From: Styela clava
Lineage: Eukaryota
Reading direction: 5' to 3'
Length of the DNA: 64,000 nt
Assembly (NCBI RefSeq): GCF_964204865.1
Contig: NC_135264.1
Coordinates: forward strand, 11,036,001 to 11,100,000
A model generated the notes under the pieces. That model was not told the origin of the DNA and did no database searches. It saw only the letters and a program-made list of their open reading frames with translations. Position 1 is the first letter of the stretch, and each line of letters begins with the position of its first letter. A program made the position numbers and the translations under genes. Below are positions 11,795-26,300 of the stretch, one piece after another.

Positions 11795-13755
11795 GTGGTA
11801 TCGTATATAAAAGTCAAGGTGGGATATACGATCAGAGTGACTTTCGATCAATTTGTGTGGATTGTGGAAATGTTTGAAAGGCGTGTGGTTGTATTTTGTT
11901 ATATTCGCCAATCTAATTCAGTGTGATCCGTGACGTTAGGCCGTGAACACCTTCACATCACATTCCAAAATCAGACTTCCTCAGTCAAGCAATTTACAAC
12001 AATATATACAAGGGGTGGCCAACACGTCGATCGCCACGTCTCGAGCAGTCGTTCGCGTCTGATGTTGAGTGAATGTTATTAAAATATCCCCAAAAATTGC
12101 CGCGAACTCGTTGTGTGTTTTACAACAGGAAGAATACAGTACATACTTTGTATGCGTATACACAAAATACATTATACACATACAGTATTTGAGTATGCGC
12201 AAGCCCAATAAAGTAAATTATCACGTACCAAAATGCAAGTTTTTCCGCTGCCAAGGTTTGAAAATGAATTGCCGTATATCGCGTGTCTAGACTGACAAAA
12301 GATCTGCAAAAACTTCCGCCGTATGACATATTCAATCCTGACTGTTAGAAACTGTTTATCTGAGGTAGTCTGATTTTTGTCAGACGAAACGTTACAGAAA
12401 TACAGTTGTGTTAGTGACAGTATGTTCCCCAGCTTTTCTTTTTAGGGGGGGTGTTTCGAAATTTAAGGGGTGGTAAATAATTTGCTATTGGAGATAAAAT
12501 TAGGATATTTGTATTCTTAAAAAAATGGTATGTATTTAAGAAACGATGTACATGGGGGGCCCCCCAAGTTGATTGACGCGAGCCAAAATCCACAGCAGAA
12601 TGAAATTGTAGGGCCAGAAAAGGGGAGCGAGGAAAAGTGCGCGACGACACGACTGGGGACTGGGGTTAAGCGCCCTGAGAAAATTTTGAGAAATAGGCAC
12701 CAAAATAGGCTCTGAGCTTGATTTTAGACATCGCAGTTTGTTATGTAATGAAATCAATAATTATAATATTTAGCTGATAGAATTCCCGGGAAATAGATAA
12801 CAAGTACGGCTTTCAACCGTTAATATATACTACTACGTTTCAACAAGTAATTTGCAACTGATAGTGACTAATGAAGTTACTTGCTAATCTGGCATAGTAT
12901 GAATGGCTACTTATGGCTTGTTTTGTTACACATTTCACATTTTTTTGAACATGTCCGTTTGACTTTTGTATGAATTAAGCAATGAACTAAATTTTGAAAT
13001 ACGCGCGCCAACTGATCATAATTGCGCGTAATGTTGTATTCCTTCAGAACTGAAATATTTTGTTGGTAAGAAGACAAATCGCTGAAGTTTGATTCTTTTC
13101 AATGAAGAAATAAAAACGCTGTCATTCATCTAAAAACGTCTGTTGTTAGTGCCTAGTTTTAGTTTTGTGACATCTTTTAAGCTTTCTTAATATACGGCTG
13201 ATATCTAAAATACTGCAGTGTGTAATCCTAATACCCACACGTATACATAGGATACCGGTATAATTCAATTGTTACGAAATAAACGTGCTTAAACTGTGAT
13301 AATGATGTAACAATAGACGTATCTAAAACTCAAAAGGTACCACATGAAGGGTTAAACTATTTCACTCAAGTTCGGCGGGCCATTTTAAATTGCCACGCGG
13401 ACCGTAATTGGCCCGCAGACTGCGGTTCGGAACCCCTCATCTACACTGATAAATATGCCATAGTCGTTATATTTGAATACAATTATACTTGAGTTAGGAA
13501 TTACAGTGTCGAATCGCACCTCAAAATTAGTGCACCAAAGCAAAGCATTAAAAGATCACAACAAAAAATTAATGCGCCATATAGTAAAAAACATTGAAAC
13601 GAACCGAAGTATATGCCAAAGTTTATGGAGATGGGTGCACTTGTTTCGTTGTAAAGCGGTATTTAGAAGCGAACTGGAATAACTTCATAGACTGCCTACT
13701 GTAACTCCCTCCCATCAGCGTCAGCTACACGTCTGAACTGGGCAGTTAGTTAACT

Positions 13756-14415
13756 CAGGATTTCCCAAACTGGGGTCGGGTGTCCGCAACGATATGAGAT
13801 GGGCCTGGAACATATATATTTTATCGTATATACACTGTCACATAGACATTCGTAAACGAGGTAAAGTCACGAGTTCACGCAATCGCAAATCGTCAATGTT
13901 ACGAAACTTTAACAAAGGAAGTGAACTGTGGAACGATTCTTGCTTTTACGGTCTGTGAGGTAGACCTCCGTTCTTCGTTCCAGGGCTACATCGTCGGTAG
14001 CAATTGATCGTATGGGTTACTGAGTTATCATCAGTCGATAACTTGTACGACTTTGCTAAGGTCATTTGAGGCTGTTAACCGTTGCTGCAAGGAAGGGGCA
14101 TGAAACGAAATTTAGTTAATTGTGTGACACTGTAGTTATATACACATTTAAATTAGGTCCATGTGTTCAATTAGTACCGGCAGTTTAAATATCGGGTGGC
14201 AAATAGATCATTATATTATCGAATTGCCATTGGTCTACCAGTATTAAAACTTCAATATGTATTGAATCAGACTTTCATGAGTTTTATTTCGTCAAAGGAA
14301 ACATTATTCTTCTCCGTTGGTTAGGCACAGAAATTGATTCGGCATAGGATGGAAGTCCGTCAAAAATAAAATTCACAAACAGCGGTCCGCGGCCCAAAAA
14401 GTTTGGGAAAATCTG
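13756..14415. mobile_element. Non-autonomous hAT-type element
   Basis: Ends CAGGATTTCCCAAAC ... GTTTGGGAAAATCTG, with a perfect 8-bp TSD AGTTAACT (13748-13755 and 14416-14423). Confidence 0.9.
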
Positions 14416-15008
14416 AGTTAACTTGTAATGGCAGCAGGTAGCAATTGAACTCTTTCTGTGATATTACAGGCCCACCGTTTGCTCCGTGACATCACAATGG
14501 GCCGCGTGATCAAAATAGAAAGTGATAATCAGTGTTTCCAGCAGTGATTGCGAATCAGAAAAGGCGACAATTTGCAAATTTAAGCATACTATTTCTTTAG
14601 AATCAAACTATGAGCCATATAACAGATTTTTTCGCGGACCCTCCGAAAGTGCTTCACGGACCTCACTTTGGGAACAGCATTTAGGAAGGATTGGGAGTTA
14701 GTCTCGCGTAACCTCTACTGATATTTAACTAGAATGTTGGCAAAATTTTTGGCAATCACACAAAAAAGAAACTTCAAAATGGCGCCCAAATGTTGTTCAC
14801 AATTATCTCGATGTCAGAATAATATTATTTAATATCAACATGCGTATTCAAGGTTCTTCGTTAATGTCATATATTTATCGCTCTCAATAGCCCCATGTGA
14901 GAATAATTGCTCAGAGAAGCTCCAAGCAATTCTCTTTATATAAATATATATATATTTAGAATAAATTCCCACATTTCACAGCAATGCATCCGCGTTAACA
15001 GTTAAGAT

Positions 15009-18000
15009 ATGGATTTGTCGCCAGCTGATGCAATGACCCCATTAGGAAATAATGGCAACCCGCAAGAATATAAGAAAGAAGACATAACATATAATAGGAA
15101 ACATAAAAAGCATGGGACGAGAAAGACCGCTAAGCAATATTGGATGTTCAATATATGTTTTTTGTTGGCTTTTGCGCCATACCTCTCAATTCTGGGTTTA
15201 CAAAGCAATATCAATATCGAGGGAGGCATTGGTAATGTTTATATATATATATATATAGATATCATTAATATCACAAAATTTTTGAAGCATTTTCAAGACA
15301 TCAAATCTATTGATTTATATTGCAGGAACACTTTCCTTGGGAGTGGCTTATACATCGTCAATTTTTTTTGGTATATTTATAACTCCCATTTCTGTTAGAA
15401 GGTGAGCATGGTTGTGTGTTTGATGCAACGGTTAACTAAATGCATTTAGCCTATTGCTTTATTAAATCGAATGCTCTTCGTTCAGATTGGGATCACACCG
15501 AGCAATTGTCATTGGCGAATTGGGATATTTGATTTACATTTTGGCTAACTTTTACCCCAGTGAGTATTCTCAACCAAGTTTATCTATGCCTATTTTCAAA
15601 CATTTGCTTCTTTCTACTAGATTCTTCTTATTTTTAGAATCTTATATCATGATAATTGCCGGCGCTCTAGTTGGATGTGGTGAAGCCTTGGTGTGGACGA
15701 CATTACCTATGTACTTCTGGCATTTTGGGTATCAACATGGAAATTTCGGGACCAAACCGTTTGAATTATATGTTTTGAAATATACTGGCCTATTTTACTC
15801 TATGTATCAATTAGGTCAAGTAAGTAATACGCTTATAAAGGGTCTTGCCAGAATAGTAATCGAGTTAGGAAAATGTTTACTATTTTATTAATGAGCTATT
15901 ATGAAATATTATTACGGTGCCATATATCCACAATGTTTATCGGCTCTTAGGTAATTCATAGATGCCAATTAATCTAGTGTCAAAGGTTCATGGGAAAACA
16001 CTATAAGATTATATACAATTCGAAATTTTATGAATATTCAATTTTGAACCAGAGCCACCAAACTTAGAAGCTCAGTAGTCCAGTAGCATGGTATCAGTGA
16101 CTGCAGATATAGCATCGTTTAAAAAATTATTTACCTTATTCAGATTTTTGGCAGTTCTGTCAGCTATGGCGTGTTATATGGATTCAAAAATAAAACACAA
16201 GAAATCTCTACATCGTACAATTCATTCTCCGATCTCTTACAAGAAAACGAAACAGAGGCGTACCTAAAACCACACCTTCAGTATCAATACTGTGGAGCAA
16301 ACGATTGTCAAAGTCCAAATATTACCAGCGAAAACATTGATAGCTACGTTCCAGCCGATTCATACTCATTGTATATCGTAATTTCTATATTTTGTGCAAT
16401 GTCTCTCAGTGGAATTTGCCTTCAGTTTAAATTTCTCCCGAGAGCGAACTCAAATCCACTAGAAGTTGAGTCTAATGATCAAGATGTGTTGCACGAAAAG
16501 AAGAATACCGACGATGCAAGTGAGATCATTATCCAGGTAAACGAGCGATTCATCTTTTTGAAATGCAGACTGAATAATATAAGTCGATCCAAAGAAAGAA
16601 TAAACATACAAAATTGCTCCGATAGTAGGAGATGCCTACAATGCCATCCATTTTTGGTAAAACATTTTTCAAAAAATGCTTTGTCGTCATGTAATTGATC
16701 CAAACTTAAATTGGAATAAAATCTTTATATTACTAAATTGCGAGTAGAGACAATTAAAGTCAGTATTATTATCTAGGTTGATATATAATCAAAGTAGGGC
16801 ATTTATAAAAAAAAATGAAACAAGTTGACATTCAAAATTTATAGACTACTAAAATAGACTACTGAATTAAGTACCAGTAGTTCAGATTAGCTGCAAAATT
16901 TACATTGAATACCGCAGAAGTGACAAATCTTACTGATAACTTAAATTTTTGTGGTGTTTGGATTTCTAATCGTTTCTTATTTACAGAACGCAAACTTCTC
17001 GTATGTATCAACACTTAAGCAAACATGCAAGCATTTTTTCAACCCAAAACAATTGCTGGTGTCACCTATTTTGTTTTACATTGGATTATTCATTACCTTC
17101 ATATACAGTGAAATGAGTAGAGCTTACGTTTCGTGTGTGCTTGGTGTGGAGCTAGTGAGATGATTTAACTAATAGTTTGCCTTTTCTTGAATTCGTACAA
17201 GTTTATGTGATTAGGCCAGAGGAGTAATTTAATAAATTAATACACATCTCTTGCATGTATAATAGAAATGTGGTTGTCAGTGACTGCTTTGGCGAAATCT
17301 AATCACCTGATTATCCAATAGCGGTTAGCGATTCAGTTTCTGACCTAAAGATAAAAAAAAGTCGCTAAGAAGGCTATTAATGTCTAATTTTTGCTATTTA
17401 ATTTAATTAAATGGGAACACTTTTACGTTCCGTCACACTTGACCGCCTCCGCCATGTTTGCCCGCCGATTTTTTGAGTAAGCTGCTCGCTCGTATCGTAC
17501 CGGTATATTTCGCTACCTTGGTAGTATGGCCTATTGCCCTATATAATAATCTCTTGATAAAAGTTTTTTCTTCAGGTGGGAGCTGTAATGATTGTTTACG
17601 CACTTTTCAGCGGCTTTTTTGTCAGCATTCACGCCAAGAATAATCTCTAAATTCGGTAGAAATATTGTAATGTGTATCGCAAGCGTGATAGACTTGTCAA
17701 ACTTTATATTCTGTTTGCTGTGGAGGCCACAAGATGATACAAAGTACCTTGTTTACTTGGTTGGTGTTATTTGTGGCCTAACTGATGGAACGTGGACGAA
17801 CTGCAGCATAGGTATGCATTTCTTTGATATCAAATATGTTGCTTATTGTCAATGATAGAACGACAAGCAATTATTTAAACTTTTTTATTTTGTAAAATAA
17901 AAACTAATCATTTCAATATTTATACAGATATTTACACGGAATATTTTACGCATAATCCAGAAATTTCTTTCACAATCTGGAATTTTTGGATAACGCTTGG

Positions 18001-18601
18001 AATAGCGGTTGCATACTTATGGAGTCCCTACTTATGTGTCAGTGTAAAACTTTACATTCAAATCGGACTTCTTATATTTGGTATATTGTGCTATGGTAAG
18101 TTTGGTATTTCACTGACTGATGTTTTACGACCTCGCGCGCACACGTAGCCTAACTAACGTCGTTACGGCGGTGCATCGCACTTCGAAGGATCTTCGTTAT
18201 ATCCACTGAATAATTTCTTTTCAATCAAACATCAAGGGTTCCGCAATGAATGCCCGAAAAAATCGGCCTTGATCTTCCCACTCTTCGTTAGTATACTGTA
18301 TATGTCTCCTTTGTATTATGGGCTCAGGTCCTCTCAGCTTAATTAGTTAATGTGATCATTTTATTTTTATTATCCAACGACCCCACCAACACACAAAACT
18401 GGCTTCGTTGAAGTAAACTCATTGGAACTGACTATGCATTACTTCATTTAAATCCATTTTCAGGTCTTGCAATATCATGACAAGTGCTTTTTAAATAAAC
18501 CACAATTTTTTTCTTGTTCAGTGGGAGCGGAGTATATCCACTATAAAGAAAAGAAACTTGTTGAAAAAAGGGAAGAAGAATCAACATTCAATCACTGCTA
18601 A
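15009..18601 (+). pseudogene. UNC93A-like MFS membrane protein, copy a; frameshifted (pseudogene or sequencing error)
   Basis: Exons 15009-15231, 15326-15401, 15486-15559, 15638-15819, 16144-16536, 16987-17154, 17576-17811, 17928-18095, 18522-18601. UNC93A motifs LQSNIN, ANFYP, CGANDC and AYVSCVLG are present. Exon 7 is 236 nt versus 235 in the paralogs, giving TAA at 17648-17650. Confidence 0.8.
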
Positions 18602-19760
18602 CAATCAATACAGCTAAAAATTAGTATTGAAATTCTGTTGCAGTCGTCACATAAACATTTGAAACAAATATCCCGAAACTACAAAAACAAAGCTAACTGA
18701 TATCCTCGTCAGAAACCAGCAAAATATTGACAAAAAAAAAACAATTATAAATTTTCCAAAGAAGTCTATGATTGCCTGTTTATGCTTTATGATATTCACT
18801 TAAATTGCTTTTAGTTACCTTTAATAAATATCGTGTCTCAAACGTCCTGTTGTCCCACACTTATGCGCCACTTACTCGTACCCCACTCGTGTTTAAATAA
18901 CGCAATTTTATATACCGGTATGCATATAAAGACAGCAGAAACAATTTATTTTGCAAGATTGCTAGGACTAAGCTAGTTACGAATAGATTTGGCAGTTAGA
19001 TGAATATTGAGCAATTAATGATTCGCACCAGATCTTATTTGGATGAATAATCGCTTGATGATATACTGATTATACTTAATCATAGGGAAAGCATAATCCT
19101 TACAAGTTTCTGATTAAAAGGACAAGTGTGTCCACAGTTCATCCGCCGTCTAACTAAAGGTATCTGTATCTAATACCCATTAGCTGGGTAGCTTCCCGTT
19201 TCCAGGTCGATATAGGCCCACTGATAGTTAGTTTTATAAGTCGTTTTTCTTCATAACAATAAAAAGAATCGATTGTTCAAATATGTTAATAATAATACAA
19301 TGACGTGAATACGGTGATTTCCACTTGTGGAAAATGTCTTTATTGTGCAGCTTATTACGAAAAGATCATGAAACATCTGTATAGTTTCTTATTCCCTAAA
19401 TTTAGACGGGATTCGCCATAAATTAATCTATATTGGGAATATACATACTGTTAAATTTAGAATTGCGTATACATTGTAATTTTTTAATGGTTCAGATTGC
19501 GTGCTAACTAATATTGAGAAAATTGGGTATTAAATCACTCACGCGTTGATTTACGAGATTATAATGGCCAGAAAGACGTTGGTAGATATGAACCAATACC
19601 AGACTTGAAACGATAGAATTTACCTGACTGGTAAACGGTTAGTCGGACGGAAGTTCATGCATAGAAATTTGTTAACAAGCAATAACAAAGGGTATTTTAA
19701 CTGCTCCTATTAAGTGTGCATTTGATCTACCCTGGATAAAACTGTAGCAGAGATAATATT

Positions 19761-20335
19761 AACATTGAAGTGTGGTCAGAAGTATCTGCAAGGTTTAATC
19801 ACACACGAGACTTCCTGCAACGTTTGTTACAAGAATGACGTCTTTCGAATCATATTCTTAAATAATGATGGTCATCGTTAGGTCAGGAAGTCTTTGAATT
19901 ACAGCAGTAAATGCAAGATGTGCTGTCTTACAAATTTTTTAAATTGCAAAAGGGATTTTATCGATACCATATATTGCTTTGTCTTTCACAGATGCATTAA
20001 AATGATTGAATGAAGTAAAAATACGTAAACAATTACTGATTACGTAACAACAAACCTGGTTAAGATACGAGTATATTGAGAACTGACTTCATAACAAAAT
20101 TGATGTCGTAAAGGGACTTGGAAATAAGACAAATTCAAATAATATAAACATCGTGGAGTGTGTTAAGAAGTACTCGCAAGGTTTAATGACGCACGAGACT
20201 TTCTGCAACGTTTGCTATAAGAATGACGTCTTTTGATTCATATTCTCAAACAATGATGAGCATCCTAGGTCACAAGTAGTCTTTGGATTACAGCTGAAAA
20301 CGCGAGATGTGCTGTCTTTTCAAATTTCTTCAATG
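19761..20335 (+). repeat. Diverged direct duplication (~185 bp) of the GPCR promoter/5'UTR/start region
   Basis: 19761-19945 aligns with 20147-20335. Shared strings include CACGAGACTT, AAGAATGACGTCTTT and AGATGTGCTGTCTT. Confidence 0.85.
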
Positions 20336-23300
20336 TCTTCTTCTCTATTACAATGTCGCAATTTTGGGTAAGTTGAATATATACACCGGAGACAGAAATT
20401 TACATGGATGTCCTATAGTTAACATCAGGGCTGGGGAGCTAGTTAGACATCACAATGTCTGCACTTACGGGGACTTGGTATATTCAACCTAAGTCTTCAT
20501 ATCTAGCCTTTCATATTTGTGCTTGGGTTCCGGATCCTTGGCCATTGATGTTGATGACCATAAAACTTTAGCCCGAATTTTAAAATTTTTCTTCGGAGTT
20601 TATATATCCAAATTCAACTTCGAACTTGAAACTTAAAATAAAATCAGAAATCAAGCTAAAAAAAATGGAGCTGAAAAGGAAAGAGTGATTCAAATGTATA
20701 AGGTAAACAATTAGATAGTTAGGAGATGGAGCCACTGAAATTTCTGGTAGCTCAGGCCTAATCTATTTTGTTAACCCTGGCTTCAGCTCAGTCAAAATGT
20801 CCCGTTTCCCCGACCCCGCAGTCCAGGTAAATACAAAATAATATTGGAAAATTTCAATTGTGACATTTGTACCATTTTAAAAATTGAACAATCAAAAAAT
20901 GAAGCAAAATATTCCGTGGTGATTTGACTCCCTTGGTTAAATAATTCGTATGGTATATTACTCAGAACGGGGATGACGAGTTTACTCCTTTCTTACTATG
21001 TACACATTTCTAGATTGTCATCATTTGTTTTACCTTTGCGCAAGTTTTATTTTGATAATTTCATTTCTTATTCATCATTGGACGAACTAAAATCGTTCAG
21101 TCGAATAGTTGTTTTTTATTTTTTGTGTTTTTCACAGTAAATTCTCTAAATATACGAAGGCTTCGTCCAGGTTGTCGAATTGAAGATGGCTATCACAGAT
21201 GTTCTTTAACTGGACAATGTCAAAAACGAGATGGTGTTTTCGATGATAGATGCGAGAAGGGTCAGTATCAACTTGTAATTTTATTCGAAAAAAACAAGCA
21301 AATATTTAAAAAAAAATTTACTGATAGGAATCGGCACTCTGCGTTATAGATCTTTCTACCGACGTAACTTTTATGTATTTTTAGGAATTATCAGTATGCT
21401 CACACATCTTGTCAATATAATGACAATATATTTTTTCTTTGGGTAACTTGTTCCTTGGGACCAAGTGTAATCAGTTACTAAAAGTAACCTATTCAGGAGG
21501 GTTAAAAATAACTATCCTTTTCTTGGAACTATTCAGTTTGACCAGTTACTTTGAATTTCACGTATGGTTAGACTTGACATGCTCTTTATCGTCCACACTC
21601 AATGCAGGTAATTAGATGTTGTTAAATAAATATTGACCTGCTCAACGTGTAAGACTCCGAGCGTACATTTTGCCAATAGGTGGGATAAAGAGGAAGAGGT
21701 TTTAGCGTAGGATAAATTTTCGTTGACATATCAATAACTAAGCAATATTACTAGTCCAACCTTTCTCCACATATTAAGTAATTAATATTCTGCATACATT
21801 GACAACCAATTCAAATGGAACACTTTTGTTCATTGTCTGTACTAAGGAAACCATTTGTTGCGAAATGCCAGCACTACGAAACTGTGCAAAATTGAATAAT
21901 AAACTGTAACATAAACACCATTTAACAATGAATTTTATCACAGAAAGGGTGAATTGTACGGATGATGAATTTACATGCCGTGGAATCAATAGATGTATAC
22001 CAAGAATGTTACTGGGAACAAAGAATGGTTGTCTTTTGGGAAAGAAAGGAGTCATCACTCTTCCATGCAGGCCTGATGGTAAAATACATCAATATTACAC
22101 AATTACAGCAGTATATATGTTTTTACTATTGTTACAAAGCGTCAATTAAATTGAATGAATATTCATTGGCAACGAAGTGAATATGTGTTTTCTCTAATAT
22201 ATACTACACTGTTCTCACGTATAAAAGATTCAACGTAGGTCACATTTTTCTCCTGTGTCTTTGGTAGCACTCACTGAAAAATACACGACGTCACACATAT
22301 CTTTTGTCACCTTGTGGGACAAGCAAACCTATGGATAATTTTGCTCAATCTTTAGCTTTGTTCTGCCTTTTGTGAAAATATCGATTTTTATTTCTCACCT
22401 AATAGGCAATCGATTTTGCTGTAAGGCTATTACTTTTATTTTAACAATATTTTATCTGAGTTATACGGGTCCCAATATTTACCCACAAATTTTACTGATT
22501 TTGAAAAATTCACGATAAACCTTCATTATGATATTCGGTGGATTTATTTTCGCGATTCATCAAGTGGAATTACGCTTGCATCGCAGAGGCCGTGTACGTC
22601 ATTTGAACTATTTCGTCTATTTGTTTCAACTCGCTCGGTAGTTGTGGATTGGCCTGGTGAAATTAGTAAACAATCTCAAAATAGCTCAAACGTCGAAGAA
22701 TAAAATTAATCTAGTAGTGCATAGTTCTCTGCTTCTAATATTATCGGATCGACCTACCTAACAGAACGTGGTTCACCTGCTAATACAAATAGGGCCGACT
22801 TATACTATTGCTAGGACCACACCAATAGGGAATGCGCGATTTGCGGGGCCCATCCTGGACACAAATAAAAATAATACGCGAAAAATTGAGATTTTGTAAC
22901 TAAAAATTAATCATAGTTTATTTTTCATCACCTCTTATCCAAGTATAAAATCACGGTTAAAATTAACGTTTATAATATGAGAATTTGCTTCTAAACAAGG
23001 ATGTATAATATAGATTCTAAACCACCATACGGTCGTTTTAATATATATATATATATTTATATATTGTATTCAGAATTTACATGCCGATACAGCAGGCTAT
23101 GCCTGCCAAGGTGGGCAGTGATGGACGGTAACGTAAATTGCAAAACTGCCGAAGTTGATGATGACAGTGACGAAATGGCATTTCTCCATTCTTGCAGTGA
23201 CAGTGAATTCAACTGCACTAACGGAAGATGCATTCCCAGAGAATGGGTTTTTGATAAAAATGACGATTGCAAAAATGGTGAAGATGAAATTCAACCTTCC

Positions 23301-26300
23301 AGATATTGCAACAACGCTGAAGAGTTTCGGTGTGACAACGGACAATGTTTAAAAAGATATCGTGTGAATGACGGCCATCCAGATTGCGAAAATGGTGCTG
23401 ATGAAAGAAAACAATTGGCGGAATGCATAACTACGACAGAGTTTCGTTGCAATGATAGCGGAAGATGTATTCCGCGCAATTGGGTTGGGGACGGAGTCAA
23501 AAATTGTAAAGATAGCAGCGATGAAGTGATATTTTGGAATCAAACTTGCTCAACAAAAGAATTCTCTTGTCACAACGGGCGTCGATGTATTTTGTCTAAA
23601 TATTTATGTGATGGGATGGATCATTGTGGAGATTGTAGCGATGAAATAGAAGGATGCAAAGAAGCGCGTATGGTTAGGTGTCCTCTCGACTTATCAATTT
23701 GTATACCGCAGTCTTACGCCTGCGATGGATTCCAAGATTGTCCAAAAGGAATCGACAACCCACAATATATGCCTGGTTTTAAGTGTAAAAAGACTGTCTT
23801 AGCAACAGAAGAAGAAATGTGTAATATTCCTCAATGGACATTACATGATAATCACACTATGTGCGAAGACAAATCAGACTTATGTTTCAAGAATAATTCA
23901 TTTAATTGCGCTCGTTGTGTATCTGACAACAAAATAATAGCGAAACGTCAAATGTGTGATGGCGTCATTGATTGTACAGATTTATCAGATGAATGCCTTT
24001 GTAATTCGAAGCGAAATAACGTCGAGTTGATGAAATTGTGCAATTCGATTTGTTATCATTCTAACAAATGCGGCGATCTTAACAACTGCCGAGCCGGAGA
24101 GTTGTATTGTGATACGAGCAAAAAATGTTTGAGCCTTTCAAAGGTGTGTGATGGTGTTGTGGACTGTCCAATATCAGCGATTGACGAGAAACCATGCATT
24201 CAGCCTGACAAGGATGTTGTTGCAATACGGAACACGACTGATTTTGATTGTTGGAAAGTTTCAGATATTATTTTGGAAATAGCACAAACTACAAATCTCA
24301 TGGAACTTTTCAACAATATATATTCAACGCGCGGTAAAAAGTATGTGAATTTCCTAAAATTCCAAAAGCGAAAATTATCCGATATCCAAATTCAGGGATT
24401 TATTAGAAAAATAATATTAATGGCTCATTGCTAGTATAAAATTCGAATGCTTCGTGGCGTCAACGACCGATTTCAGTTATTTTTCTCCAACATTGTTCTA
24501 ACCAAGATATCATTGATTCGATAATTTTTGTGGGTCCATTGCTGGACTTGTTATGATTTGTTGGACACGAAATGTACCTGGTTGGATCGGTTTTCTTACT
24601 TGATTTTGTTGTTTTTGTATTGGAAAATTACTTTTCTCCGCATTTAACACACCAATCGATCACAATTTTTCAGTACATAAATATGAAAGTAGTCACCAGA
24701 AGGCTATTGATAATTTGTCCCAGAATCCTTCAGGGTCTTATAACTCATCATAAATTTAACTGGTATTTGTTCTCACGAAGACAAGTACAATTCTTGTCCC
24801 AACTCGTATGACTTTTGGTAGAATTCTCCAACACTTTGCTGACATTGTGGTGGCTAAGTTATTTCGCTATTGCGTTCATATATCTGAGTATTGCTTTTTT
24901 ATTTTCGTGTTACAAGGTGTGACGGTGTAATCGATTGTGCTCGCTTCGAAGATGAATGCAATGCGGAATGTTATCTGCCAGAATGCGATAAATTCAAACT
25001 GTTAGAAATAACGTTCAATGAATTTATTTTTGGAGGAGTAGTAGAAAAAGTCCGGGCGTAAGTGACGATTTCGATATCTCGTACTCTCTTCGAAATGTTT
25101 GCTAAATTACCGTATTATTTCAATGCGATAAATCAAAATATACCTACTTTCAAATCTTTAGCATTGTTTTCGACAGATGCAGTGATTATGTGACGGAATT
25201 TGGTTACGATTATACAAATTTTGTCCTCGGACAATCAATATGCAATGGAATCAAAGATTGTACAGACGGTGCCGATGAACAGAATTGCACAGATTTTTTT
25301 AAATGCAACGCTGGTACAGTAGAATCACCACTGGGCACAAGACAGGTTGATTTCTCATTAAAATCTTTACAAATGTATTTAGTTACAAACCTTTTAATAT
25401 CTATGGTTCAAGTCGTGTAAATGGTGTAACTGAAAGTAGTATGTATCCGACAAGTAGGGAACGGCATTTTAGTGGCACCGTAGTGAGTTCACTCGAGCTT
25501 GTTTCTTCAATATAAATCCATTTAATGAATTTGAACGAAAATATCTGTTCATAAATATATATGAGTTGCCTGGTGATATTCCCAAATTAGTGCAACTTAT
25601 TTTTGTTTATTTCGAATCCACTTTTTCCCATTTTTAGCGCATTGCCGTCAAAAAAGACAAAGTATGTGATTTACAATCAGACTGCCTGGATCAATCGGAT
25701 GAAAAAGACTGCAATGAATCGACTCATTTTTATTGCAAAAGCGGAAGCCCTCTCTTTGTTCCATTCTCATCAGTAATGAACGGCAAACAAGACTGCGAAG
25801 ACAACACCGACGAATGTCCAGACAACTGGAATGACCTGAACCCGTTATCTTCACCAGAAGAAATGATTAGACTTTCGTTTCTCCGTTATTTCATCTGGTT
25901 TATGTCATGTATCGCAATTCTAGGAAACCTCGCCGTTATTATAGAAACTTGTTACTCTGAATTTGGCTCACAGTCTAGTGCACAAAGCCCAATGAGTCGA
26001 TGTAACAGAATACTGATAATAAACCTGGCAATATCTGATTTCCTCATGGGGGTCACCTTGCTTATGATTGGAATTAAGTCAGCTTCAATGTCCGGAGAAT
26101 ACTGTTTAAAGGACAAACAATGGAGGATCAGTGGTTCTTGTAACGCGATCGGAGTTATGACAGTATTATCCAGTGAAACATCCGTGTTTTCTCTGGTTGT
26201 CTTGACCATGTATCGCTTTTATGGGATTCATCGACCGTTTCAAAGCAGGAATGTAAAACCAAAATGGGCTATTGTTGCAGTGATTATAACGTGGACCTTG

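Noticed and set aside
15002-15229. 75-aa antisense ORF over exon 1 of all four UNC93-like copies
   Set aside because: It mirrors the sense codon frame and has no independent features; its conservation is explained by the sense gene.
22548-22564. Minus-strand TTGATGA-atcgc-GAAA hammerhead-like string
   Set aside because: No stem II, no stem III or UH site and no closing stem I.
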